NCBI GenBank assembly: GCA_003971905.1
Contig: RSEE01000001.1
Coordinates: 1,302,001 to 1,366,000, forward strand
DNA length: 64,000 nucleotides
DNA from: Moniliella sp. 'wahieum'
Lineage: Eukaryota
Direction: 5' to 3'
Below the pieces are notes generated by a model, which saw nothing but the letters and a program-made list of their open reading frames with translations, did no database searches and was not told the origin of the DNA. The position numbers were made by a program, and so were the translations under genes. This document shows, piece by piece, positions 1-11,800 of the stretch (within the stretch, counting starts at the first letter, position 1; the number at the start of each line of letters is the position of its first letter).

Positions 1-294
1 CGCATGGAGCAACGCGTGACACGCGAGGTTATGCAGCGGCAGGCGGCGGCGCCACTACGCCACACTGGCACTGTGCCGCGTGTTGGCAGTGTTGAATCGG
101 GTGGATGCATGTGACATGTGGCATGCGACATGTGACAGGTGATGCATGATGCATGCGCAGCTGCCCTCTGGATCTGATGCATGATCATTACCTCAGCCCC
201 AGCGCTCAGCCGCCCAGCCTGCGCCCGGCGATGATCGATGATGCCGATGATGGATGATGCATTGGAGCGCCCCTGCCTGCGTTGCCCCTCGCAT

Positions 295-362
295 CGCCTC
301 CACTTGTCACCACCACGCCTCCACTTGTCACCACCACTACCACCACCACCACCATCATCATC
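295..362 (+). repeat. 21-bp tandem duplication (CGCCTCCACTTGTCACCACCA x2) followed by a (CAC/CAT)n microsatellite upstream of the BTB gene ATG
   Basis: Read directly: copies at 295-315 and 316-336, then a CAC/CAT run. Confidence 0.85.
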
Positions 363-476
363 CTCTTCTTGTAGCTCCGCTTTTCTTGTCTTGTCTCTCT
401 TCATCCCGCCTTCTCGCCGCCCACCGCGCCACTCTCATTCATCACGCCACCCGCCCAACCCCTCCTTTCCGCCACC

Positions 477-3400
477 ATGCACCCCCTTGCTCTCCCACCC
501 GACCGGCCAGGGCCAGGCCTCCTGGCCGGCCTCAGCTTCGACGCCTCCGTCGCCCACGCCGATAACGCCTGGACTGCCGACCTGGAATGTCTTCTGGCCC
601 AAGCCCGCGACCGCTTTGCCGACGTATGCTGGCGCTTTGCGCCCGCGCCTGCTTCGCCTCAATCCGGCAGCATCTGCGACACCTCTGACACCGACGATGC
701 CCAGTCCACCAAAGACGGCCACCCTGGCCCATCTCTGCCGTCAGGTCCAAACGTTGCCGACGCAGACCTTGGTTCCGGGCCGCTGATGTACGCACACAAG
801 GTATGCCAGCACCCCCCTCCCCCTCTCCGTGCGTCAGCTGACCATGTCGTCTTCGCTTGGGACGGTCTTCCAGCACTTGTGTTTGCCCGTGCCCCGCATA
901 CGTTCCAGCGCGAGTATCAGCTCTTGGCAACTCCCGTTTCCTCCTCCTCGTCCGTATCATCGCGCTCGAGTAGCCGCCTGTCTGGCACCTCGTCCACGTC
1001 CCAGGCATCTCTCCTGGCGTGCCCCCGCCCCGCCCAACGCCAGCGATTCTCCAACCTCCGTGCCAAGTTCCCACCCAGCAGCTTTGTCTTGCCCCCCTCG
1101 CTCACCACTGCCTCCTCACACACCGGTAGTGAGAGCGAGTCGGACCATGTCTCAATCTCCGGGCCGATTGTTGCCTCAGATCTAGACACCGAGTCCGACT
1201 CTGCTACTGAGTCTCGGAGTGGCGCCCCTCCCACACTCACCACGGCCGCCCAGTTGCCCCTTCTTAAGGATGAGTTCTTGGCGAAGCGCCAACAAATGAG
1301 GCCCATTCCCATTTATGGCGGAAGCTACGCACTGCTCAGGGACAGTCTCACCTACCTCTACACCGCTGACCCGGACCAAGCTGCCACGTTCGAATTCCTC
1401 TACTCGGACAATCAACTCTCTCCGTGGAGCTCTGGCACCGTCCCTGTGCTCGCCGACGGTGCTAGCGACACAGACCCCGAAAGGACAAAGGAAGCCAATC
1501 AAAGCCGGCAAAAGCTATTGGAGCGATTGAGGAGCGATTTGACGTTTGTGGCGCAGCAAGCTCTACGCTGACGTGCTCATCGTGCTCGACTCGCCCAGTG
1601 CTGGCTCTTCTAATACCTCCGTTACCAGTCACCGTGCCTCATCTTCCATTGCTAGTGCTGCAACGACAATGTCCACGCTTTCTTTGCCCATGGACATGGA
1701 GGATGAGCACGATGAGACGCTCACCTTTTCTGCCCATCGCTTTATTCTTGCCTCGCGCTCGGGCTATTTCGCTGAGCGCCTCCTGTCTCCTTCGCCTATT
1801 GGCCCAGCAGGCAGAGGGGAGGCAACTACCATTCTCCGCTTGCCTCCTCACCCCTTTTCGTCCACTGCTCTTCACTTTACCCTCGGCTTTCTCTACACGG
1901 GGAGTTTAACTTTTAGCAACCGCCATTTCGACATGGCCACTGCTTTGCAGATCTTCCACGCTGCATGTTTCCTTGATATCCCCTCCCTGCGCCGCTCGTG
2001 GCTAGCTTGGTAAGTGAGATGTTCTGCCACAAGTTTGCATGCTCGCCTCCACCCGCCACTACGCCAATCTCGTCCAAGCCCATCGCCCCGGCCCGCTGCA
2101 CACCGGAGAATCCATCCGTTTCAGCCGGCTCTGCCGTCCGCCGGGTCCGGATTCAAGAACCTGTACCTGATGCCGAGGTGCGTGGGGGCCATGCGACCGC
2201 TGTTTGAGGCGAGTGCCACGGGTATTTGCCTTTACATATACTGCAGAGAAGTGTACCTCGTGCGCTCGAGCCCGCGCCAGCGCTTCCTCGACCCACACCC
2301 ATGCTCATGCCGATGGGCGCAGGGCATCGGGTGCCGAAGTTTGCCATGTCCACCTATCGCTCCTGCGCCACGCAGCAGAGGCAGCCGTGACAGGCTCATG
2401 GTTTGGCGCGTACTGGACCAAGGACATCGGCATTCTCCCCACCGCAGTGCGTACCCGCCTCGTCAAACGGGTGACCGACCAAGTTCGCAGCCAGCCCGAA
2501 AAGGTGATCCAGACTGTTGGCCAGCTCAACCTGCTCAACCAGCGGTTGGAGCTGGCATCGGCTCAGCTTGCTCCTCAGGGCACGCGCAAAAAGCGTACAG
2601 CTTGGGTCGAGCATGTCCACTGGATGACCGAATCGGTCGAGACGACGGTACAGGACGTGCTCGCTAGCCATTTGGATAAGGTCGTCGGGTCGGAGGAGTG
2701 GCAGCGCTTCTGGCCGCCAAGGATGCCAAGGCACACGACACACTCGACAAGCTTCTTGTTCTTCTCCTCGACGGGTTGGGCGAGATGACGGCCCCGTCTG
2801 CCTTCCAAGTCCTCGCTCGACCAATGGCCAATGAAAATGCCGAGACCGAGCAGATGGACCGTCTGCAAGGCGCTCGGGGTGGAATCATTCGCTATCTCCG
2901 TCGCCGTTGGCGTGGTGCGGCGGAGCACGATGCGTTTGCCATCCTGGAGCCCTGGGCTAAGAAGGAGATTGCTCGCGCGCTCCGGGTGACCGAGGCCGAC
3001 CTGGCGCCGACGCCGCCCGAGCCAGAGCGGGAAGAGCCGACGCGCGACTCGCCTGTATGCACCCGGAGCTCGCTTCGGAGCCAAGGCGCATCTCGGATCA
3101 AAGCCGCTCCCTCGCTTCTCAATTCGTCGCACCGTCCCGGATCGCGCCCTAGCCCGTCCGCTTCCTCCCGTCTTCTCCTCGGCCGGTTGGACGAGGCCTG
3201 AGCACCACTCCACCCGTCACCGGCTCAGGGCCTCGGACTCCGACGCCCCAGCCGGCGAAGACCACCGGCCCTCGTTTGTCGCGCAACCCCGTCACGTCTC
3301 GGCCGCCTTCCAGGTCCACCTCCAGCCGCCAGAGCCTTCGCCCCAAGTCCGGCGCCGCTCCCTCGGATCTCGCCGCTGCCAGGGCCACCCCGACCACCGT

Positions 3401-4890
3401 TCGCTCGCCCCCCGCGCTGGCGACACATGGCCCTCATGCCTATCGCGTGCCAGGGCGGTCGAACAGTGTGTCAAGCAACTCGTCCAGTGCCGCTTCCAGT
3501 CGCTCCCCTTCCCTCGGAAGCACCACCAGCTCGGCTACGACTTCTTCGACCGCCACCTCCGCTTCAAGTATTCGTGTGCCGGGCCCACCTGCTACGCTAC
3601 TTCTTCTCCTCGAGCCTCTTTGCCTGTTTGCCCCCGGCCTCCCCCGCTTCGCCCCGGTTGAGCAGCGCGTCTCTGCGCAAGAAGCTTCCTTCTGCCGTCT
3701 CGACGCGATCCATTGGCACCAAGACCAAGACGCCGCTCCCCTCTCCCCGCTCCTCACTAGAGTCCAAGGCCGGAGCGGCAAGAATGGCTCTAAGGTCAGC
3801 CCTACTGTTGGCCTCAGGTCAAAGTCGCCCCACCCAGTTTGTCCGACTCCATCTCGGGCGATGAGGAGGCGACGCCGACGGCGAACCGGTGCGAAGCTGG
3901 ACCCCGCGCCAAAGCGGGGAACGTACCCCCGCACCATTCGTACCAAACGTTCGGGGGACAAGATGGACAGTTCCGACGAGGACCAACCGCAGGAGGCCAC
4001 CCCTACTGCATCCCGCACTCGTCGCTGCCCTGCCTCGGCGCAGTTGTCCCGCCAAGGATCCTTGTCTTCTTCGTTTGAGGAGACTGAGACCGAGACCGAA
4101 TCTGAGTACGGGACGGACGCGGCGTCGGCAAGTGACTGTCTCCGCCGCGGTGGCTCCCCAACTCCTCTCCGCTCAAAGCGCACCCCACCTCGGCCCGGCC
4201 CATCGCAGACATCCAAAGTGAGCAGCGCTCGGACTCGAATCGATTCTCCCTTAACCCCAGGACGGCGCGGGGCGGCGAGGAAAGACGCACCAACGACAGC
4301 CGTCTGCCCACGCCCCCGGAAGGAAACCTCCGCCCCAACCCGGTCTGGACCTCTGCCTTGCTCCAAAGGTGCAACGGGCACGATGCTCCATCAAGGTATT
4401 CCTTGTGTCGTCGCCCACCGCCACGGGCGCCGAGCGGGGTCCGCCGTTGGTTCGCCTCAAGGCTTCCGTCAAGTACCTAGGTCCTGTTGCGGGCCAGTCG
4501 GGGACCTGGGTCGGGGTGGAGCTGCTGGTCCCCATACCCCGCACATTGCGGACTTGGGCGCTGGCGATGGACGAGAGCACGGCTGACAAACGGTCTGCTC
4601 GCGCGCTCCTGGCTCCCGAGGGATGCTGGCGCGGCAAGTCGTATTTCCACCTTGGCGCTGCGCCTGACGCTATCGCCCCCCCACCCCTTCCTCTACCGCG
4701 GCGCAGGAACGCCTCAAGGCGACCCAGGCCGCGCGTGCCGCGCGCCATGCCCGCGTCCAACGGCTGCTCGCCACCTCTGCGCGCCACACCCCATCCCACA
4801 CCATCACCGACCGAGACCAAACGCGCATCGGTGGCCCATGGGGCGCTGTTTGTTCGCCCTGAAGACGTGTTATATGTCGATACAATCTAG
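477..4890 (+). CDS. BTB/POZ (probably tandem) + C-terminal CAP-Gly-like domain protein; frameshifted in this assembly
   Basis: Pieced from several frames. BTB-like 'FADVCWRF...MYAHK..LVFARAP' (~615-900, probable intron ~801-873). BTB 'LYADVLIVL...FSAHRFILASRSGYFAERL...LHFTLGFLYTGSL' (~1560-1990). Long S/P/R-rich region. CAP-Gly-like 'GIPCVV..KASVKYLGPVAGQSGTWVGVEL...GCWRGKSYF...GALFVRPEDVLYV' ending at TAG 4888-4890. Confidence 0.8.
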
Positions 4891-5832
4891 CCGCTTCGCT
4901 GTGCCTCGTTTAGTCTCGTTTCGCCTGGCTTCGCTTCGTCTTCGTTCCCCGCCTTAACGCCCCTTAGGACAATCTGCTTTCGCTTGCGCCTCTTGCTTCC
5001 GCTCTGACCGTTAGGCCCCTCTGGCCATGGCTTTTTTTCGCCTTGGCTGCTGGCCCATCGAACATAGTGACCGACCTTATCTACCACCTTCTTGGCTGGA
5101 TGCACCTCTCAACCGTGCTGTACTCTCGATATCGAGTACGACGTGGTTCATGTCGCCAGCCCGCCTGGGACGGGCTTGCCGCTTGCCGTTGCTTGGCCCG
5201 TGGCCAAAACTTGGGACCCCGATCGCACCTCCTACTTCCGATTTTGCTCGGGTGGGTCCCCCCGTTCCAGGTGGCACGCGCACCACTCTCCTTGTATACC
5301 CCAACTCGCAGTGCCCCCCGTCTTCTTCTTCCCGCCCCTGGGCAGCTCCGGTTTTTGGATCGCTGGAAAAACAGAAGTCTCTTTCGTTAATAAACGTCTC
5401 TCTATACCCCGACTGCTTGGGCTTGGGTTGTTGTGGTTGGTTGCTCCGGCGCCGCGTTGGCGTCTACTCCCGCCCGCAGCAACTTTTACGCCGTAGATGA
5501 TGATGGATTCGGGGGAACAGGTGCGCGGGGACAACATATCTTGGGGGGGGGGGCAGCATTCGTCGGGCGCACGGTAGACGGGATATGGCACATCACCCCT
5601 GCAGCATTCGTCGTTCGGCCTGTGCCCGTCGGCCTTGACGCTGGACAAGGCTGAACACTCTGTCTCTACTATGGCTTAATCCTGTCCCCGTCTTCTTTCT
5701 TCATCAGTTGGGTCAACGCATACTGTCGTTTCTGTGGCGTTTCGTTTCCTGTCCAAGGCCCACCATCTGAGTCCATTCAAATTGAATTAGATGCGTGCAA
5801 GTCGCCAGAAAGATCCAAGGTGTTTCCCAGCT

Positions 5833-8800
5833 TTAGTCGGCATTCACCCGCTCAGCCCATTGGCGTAGCGTTGCCGACAGAACGTCGGGCAAGGTCGAGA
5901 TGTCACGGACAATGACATAGTTCTCAAAGGGGAACGTGTTAAGGTAAGGTACCATCTTGAGGTCAAACCCGCCCGAAGCGTCCGGGGTGAAGTCCACCTT
6001 CTTCATGGTCAAAATCGACGAGGAGGCTGCGGCGGTAGGTCGCGCTTGGGACTGGGGCTCAGGCTTGGTGTCCTTGCCAGCTGAGGCAGAAGTTGAGGCC
6101 GCCATGGAGCCATCGTTTAGCGAGTCCAGCACCACAAACACACAACAATCCGGTTCTCGTTGGCACGCCGAAGTAGCGCGCGGATGCGGTCATGGTCCTG
6201 TCAAAGTGTCAGCGTTTGGGGTCTAGATGACATCGGTGGGGGGGGGGTAAAAGAATCGCAAACGTACCTCGGTCATACCATCCGACACAATGATGGCCAG
6301 TTGCCACAGTTCTGCCGCCGAGGGCGGCTGAGACGCCCGAGCTTCTTGCAGGTATGAGACGGTGGATTGGAGAAGCTTCAGCACGTCCGTTGAGCGCTGA
6401 GCAAAGGTCAGCTCCGATAGCATCCGGGCCCCTCGGCAGGGGAGAAGACGCGCTGGCCAAACCCATGGAGGATGTCCATTTGGGCCCCAAAGCGACACAC
6501 AGCCATGTCTCCGGCCTCCAGCTTAGTGAGTGCGCCTTGGAGCAGGGCAATGGTCTGAACTGCCAGGTGGGCGCTGCGCGAATGGGCCATACTCTTGCTG
6601 TCATCCACCGCAAGGAGGATCTGATACTGCCGCGCGCTGGGGCGCGTCCGCCGCAACCAAATCTTGTCCTTGGCAAAGTCACTCGCAATGAAGGGATGAT
6701 CTGGCGCATATTGAGACGCTTGCCTGTGCGGTAGTCGCCGCGCATCCGTGTGGCCAACGTGGGTGCCAGAATGAGGCGAAGCTGCTCCGACAGACGGAAC
6801 GCCAGCTCCGACGTGCGCGAGACGTACGTCTGCCACAGACCAGCAGCCTCCTCTAGGTTCCCAGGCTCCTCAGATCGGAACTCGGCATACCGTGTCTCCA
6901 GATCAAGGTCCTCCTCCGGCATCTCCTCTGCTTCAACCGTCTCGGGCTCGTCCTGGCGCTCCCCGTCGCCTTGGTCGGCAGATACAAATGTGTCTTGCCC
7001 AGGCTTGGCCTCCCCGGTGGAGGTGCCTTCGCGTTGCGCCTCCTCCGCTTCCTCTTGCTCAGCCATCTCCCGCAAGTCAGAGGTAGATAGCTCTTGCGGC
7101 TGGCCTTCCGGTTGAGTGTCATCGATACGGTGAGGGGCATCATCCTGTTCCGCATCCACGGCCATGCCCTTCAGGTTGCTCTCCTCCGTTTGCTCTGCCG
7201 CACCAACAGTTTGCATCTCGGTATCTTGATCCTCCCCAACGTGCTCCACCGCCATTGGATCGTCCCCGTCCGCGTTTACTTCATCCTCTTCAGCGTTATC
7301 GCCATTGTTGAAGATACGCTCAATGTCCCGACGGAACTCGCGCAGGGCATCGCCCAAGCTGCGTTGTTCCGGCCGCGCATCTCCCTCCTCGGCCGCCTGC
7401 TCCATGGATCCAGCATCTGCTGCACGCTGCTGCGCGCCAGACTCGCCATCTTGCTCCGTCGTCGCAGGCGCAGGGGCAGCCGTTGCATCATCTTCGGTAC
7501 CATCCGCTTCAGGCGCTCCTTCTCTTCACCTTCCTCCTCGCCTGCTGCGTCTTGAGCCATTGGGTCTTGGGCAGCATCGACAGTCTTAGAGCTGGGATCC
7601 TCACCTTGGCCCCCATCATCAGCACCATCGCCATCGTCCTTGCTTCACCCATATCCTTGGGAACGGCTTCGGCTTCGGCGTCCATACCCTCTTCTTGTTC
7701 TTCCCCGTCGAGCTGAGAATCTTCACCATTGGGCTCATGCTCGTCACCCTCATCCATCCCTTCGTCTTCGCCTGACTCCTCTTCCCTGGGCGAGCCTCCG
7801 CCTGATCACCTTCCCCATCATCTCTTGCTCGGGTTCTTGATCAGCCTCAGGGTCAACCTTGTCCGGCTCGATGGTGTTCATACCTCCTGCCCTCCTTCCT
7901 GCTCCGGCATCTTCTCGTCGTCGGCGGGCATCCCCCTCGTCCTCATCTCCCTCAGTTCCGGACTCGTCACCTTCCTCTTGATCCATGTCCAGGTCACCAG
8001 CAAGAGGGTCAATCTCGGGTGCGGACTTGCTTTGTTCGGGCTGCTTAGGATCGTCCTTCTTGTCGCCATCATCTCCATCTTCACCGTCCGCCTCATCATC
8101 TTCTCCTTGTTCTGGACCTTCCTCCTCTTGGGGCTTCTCCTCAGCGCCTTCTTCCTCACCCTTCTCTGGAACGTCTTGCGGACCAGCATTCGCATCCTCC
8201 GGCCCATCTTCTTTTGCATGGTCAAGGTTGTCCGCCTCTTCACCAGCTTGACCCTTCTCCTCCATGGTCTCTGGCTCCGGTTCATTCTCCCCAGACCACA
8301 TTGCTCGTCAATCTCCTCGTCGAGATTCTGGTCCACCTTGTCCATAGCATCATCATCTCGCCATCATCATCTTGATTATCATCATCCTCCTCGCCCTCGT
8401 CACCAAACTCGAGATTGCCCAAGTCACCGTCGAAGTCATCTTCCATCTCCTTGGCGTTCTTCTGCTTGAGTCTCCCCTTCTTGCTGTTGTTGAGGGTCAT
8501 CTTCTTGCTTTTTGAGCTCTTCAATCTGCTCGTCGTCTTTGATTTGGTCCGATATGTCCTTCGCGCCAGTACCGTCGCCCAAACCAGTACCTTCCTCGAG
8601 GTCGCCTCCTTCTTCAGCCTCATCGTCATCATCCTCGCCTTCTCCAGACTCATCCTGCTCTTGCGGGGTGCAGAAGCCTTTAGTGGTAAGGCCAAGCAAA
8701 ATGACGCCCCAGTATGCGCAAAGTGTAGGTAGCCCCGGTCCGACTTGACTAAGCCATCGAGATGCTCGAGCAACATAGTCTGGTACTCTTGCAAGAATGG

Positions 8801-11800
8801 GAGAGCCGCAAGCCACCAGCCAGCCGCAGAAGCATGCTGACGAGGAACCGTTGTTTAGGGCAGGGAAAAGGGAAGCCACCGTCGAGTCGAGGTTCAAACT
8901 CAGAGAAGATCGATTGGACCCGCTTGACATCCTGGCGCTGCAGCTGGAACCGTTTCTCCTCAGCCACTGCATTGGCTTCTGCGGTCGACTCGAGACGTTT
9001 AAGGTTCTGCGCAACGAGGATGACGGATGAGATCAACCCCGCCCCGTTGTCGCTCGGAAGGACAGGCGATGGGGGTTCGGCCAATCGGGTGGACAATCGA
9101 GCGGTACGCACACTGGCCTCCGCCCAGTCAATGACGGATGAAGCAAATGAGCGCACCAAGGGCCATGCGCTGAGCAGATTGCTCCATTGTTTGCGGCTCT
9201 GGGCGTGCAACTCGAGACCCTGCCGGATGGCTTCCATGTCTCCCTCTGCGACCACCATGACGGAAAGAACACGAGCATTGTCAACCACTGACTGGAGGCT
9301 CGCTTTTGCTTGCGCGCACCCCTTCACCAGCTCGTCAATAGCTGATAAGAGGGCGGGGCGCAGATGGGAGGGCATGAGTGCCACGTCGGCTAAAACGGGT
9401 GCTTCATGCCGCAACTGAGCTGAACTGTCGGCAAGGACCACTGCGTCACCCAGTGCAACTTCCAGATCGGCTTGGACTTTGTGCGATAGAACGAAAATCT
9501 GAGTGGCTCCGGCCTCATTGAGAGCAGCGAGGCGAGACCAACTTGCCCATAGACTCCGCTTGGTGCATCAACGCCCTACGCGAGGTGCGGTCTTGCGCAA
9601 TGTAGTCCACCAGGTTCTCGACCGTTCCGTGTGCACGCAGTAGTAGCTCTGGGGGGATATCAGGACTCCTTTTAGGCAACTGGCACGCAGCATGGGGAGG
9701 AGGGCCAAGAGACGAAGGTAGTAGCCGTCAGCCTCAGCCACCGTTTGTGGTGCGAGGTGCTGAGCAAAGTCGGGACTGATGCCAGCGTCCATGTTAGCCA
9801 TCACGCGCGCCTTATTCCCTTCATCGTCCCGGTAGAGCGAGGAGATGCCTTGGGTCCGGAGCTGCTTGAGTATCGACGTGAAAGCACGAGTCTTCTCCGT
9901 CAAGAGCGCCTTAACCAATTTCTCGTTCTTCTTGGTCATCAGCGAGGGTGTCCGAGAGCGCAAGTCTTCCGCCGTCGAACGAACTTCCTCGGCCAGTTCC
10001 GTCGCAAATTCTGAGGTGGTAGCAGTAAGGACCTTAGAAAGAGTACCGTGATGCATCCGACGGACCAGCGCGAGGCTGCGAGACAAGTCGCTCAGGACCG
10101 GCGACTCTTCAGCATGGGAGAAGTCAGCCAAAGCCTTTACCTCACCCTTGGACAGATCCGCATTGACCACCATTTTCTTCGGGGAGAGGGTCGTCACCAC
10201 AACTGGGGGTGTAACAGCCATGCGACCTGCGGCCAAAACCACATCGGCAGTCGAGTTGAGTAGTTTGCGGAAGCTGCTCACGACCTTGTGTAGTTTGCGA
10301 TGAGTCTTGTGGGCACTTTGACGCAGGCGTGGACATTAGTGTCCTTCCAGCTGGCAATCTGAGTAAACTCCCCAATCTCCTTCTCCATCTTGGATCGTTC
10401 CGCCGCCACATGGTCCTGAATGTCCTTGAGGAAAACAGTGAAGAACGCGCACGAAGTACGAAGAATATGTGCGGTAGGAAGGGCCCATGATGTTTCTTCT
10501 GCGTGACCCTTGGCCAGAGACTCGCAATGTTCGGCCAAAGCGGAGAGCAGGGCCAAACGGCCCTCATACTCACCCAGCGGGGATGATCGCATAAACTGAT
10601 CGAGCAACCCGAGGAGTTCGAGATAGTGAGGCAACACTACCGATGAGTCCTCGCCCGCAACCACACGCCAAGAAGCCGACACTGCAGCCGAATAAAGCGG
10701 GAAAAAGTGGGCCTTGCTACGTTACGGTGGCTGACGACTTGGAGGTCAAGAAGATGTTGCCACGAGTGAAGCTCCATCCTCCGCCAGCGGATGATGGCGG
10801 CCGTGATCGCCTCCCGGTGGGGGCGGATGGTGGTCTCCGAGCTGGCATACCCTTCCCAATCGTCTGATTGTTCAAGTAGCTGTTCGAACGCCCCCATGAG
10901 TCGTGGCACGGGGCTAGCCGAGTGCATGGCCAAAATGGACTCGCATCGATCCGCCAGGTGACGGAGAGCCTCCTGCTCAGGCCACTCGGCCACCAGCTCC
11001 TGGAGGCGAGCGAGGAGCTTGGTCGTGATACCAATCGCCAGTTCAACCTCGGCGGGGTCGACATCGTGGTAAAAGTCCTGGATCTTGGCTGATGCTTGAG
11101 GAGGACCGGACAAAGCAATGAGCATTTGGTGAGCGCCCAGTTGGTCGACCGTGTCGTCCAAACGAGCATAACTGTCCGACAGCCATCGACGGACGAACCC
11201 GCCCGGATGGTGTCATACAGACATATGCTTCAGCTGCTCCGGAAGAGAGAAGCAGAGAGCAGGCCAGGAGAGCATTCTCGTCCGTCAAGAGCGTCTTACC
11301 CGCCCTTTGTAGGCTGCACTGGTTCCGGCTCTTTTCTTCGTCGTCGTACGTCGGGAACAAGCTGAGGAACTCTTCCTCTTCAAGCTCCTCATCGTCTTTG
11401 AACACAACAGTCTCGGTCTTGCTCTTAAAGATGCTAGTCTCCTCTTCCTTGGCACGAGCCCGAGCCTCAATCTGTTGACGGTGGGTCTCCGCTAGGCTTT
11501 CCAGAATGTCCCGGGTCGATCGGGCAGCCGCCTCAGCAGTTACCACCTCACCACAGCCACCAACACGTTCTTGGCTGCAAGGTGAACAAGAAGGAGTTGG
11601 GTGTCGCGCGGCGAGTTGACCTTGCGAGGGCGCCCAGTTTCCGTAATCAGCTGAGCCGACACAGGAGAAGAGGGCGATAGCAGCGCTGCAAAGGTCCGAT
11701 CCGGGGGTGACAATGCCTCTGTGGCACCCGAAATAACACTGGCTCGGACAGCCTGGAATCCGAATGCAAGCAAGTCCAGGGAAGGTGAGGGGGGCGATCA

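Noticed and set aside
238..786. Poly-His and poly-Pro ORFs (238..786, 254..565)
   Set aside because: They are translations of a CAC/CAT microsatellite in the leader. The real gene most plausibly starts at 477.
5232..5648. Minus-strand ORF with a repeated 'DECC' motif, resembling a Cys-rich peptide
   Set aside because: No in-frame ATG or signal peptide. The repeat is just the 13-bp DNA duplication.
5690..5760. CTGATGA and GAAA on the minus strand, suggesting a hammerhead ribozyme
   Set aside because: Stems I and II cannot be formed around the core.
7729..8469. Hydrophobic plus-strand ORFs that look like membrane proteins
   Set aside because: They are antisense shadows of the D/E-rich region of midasin.
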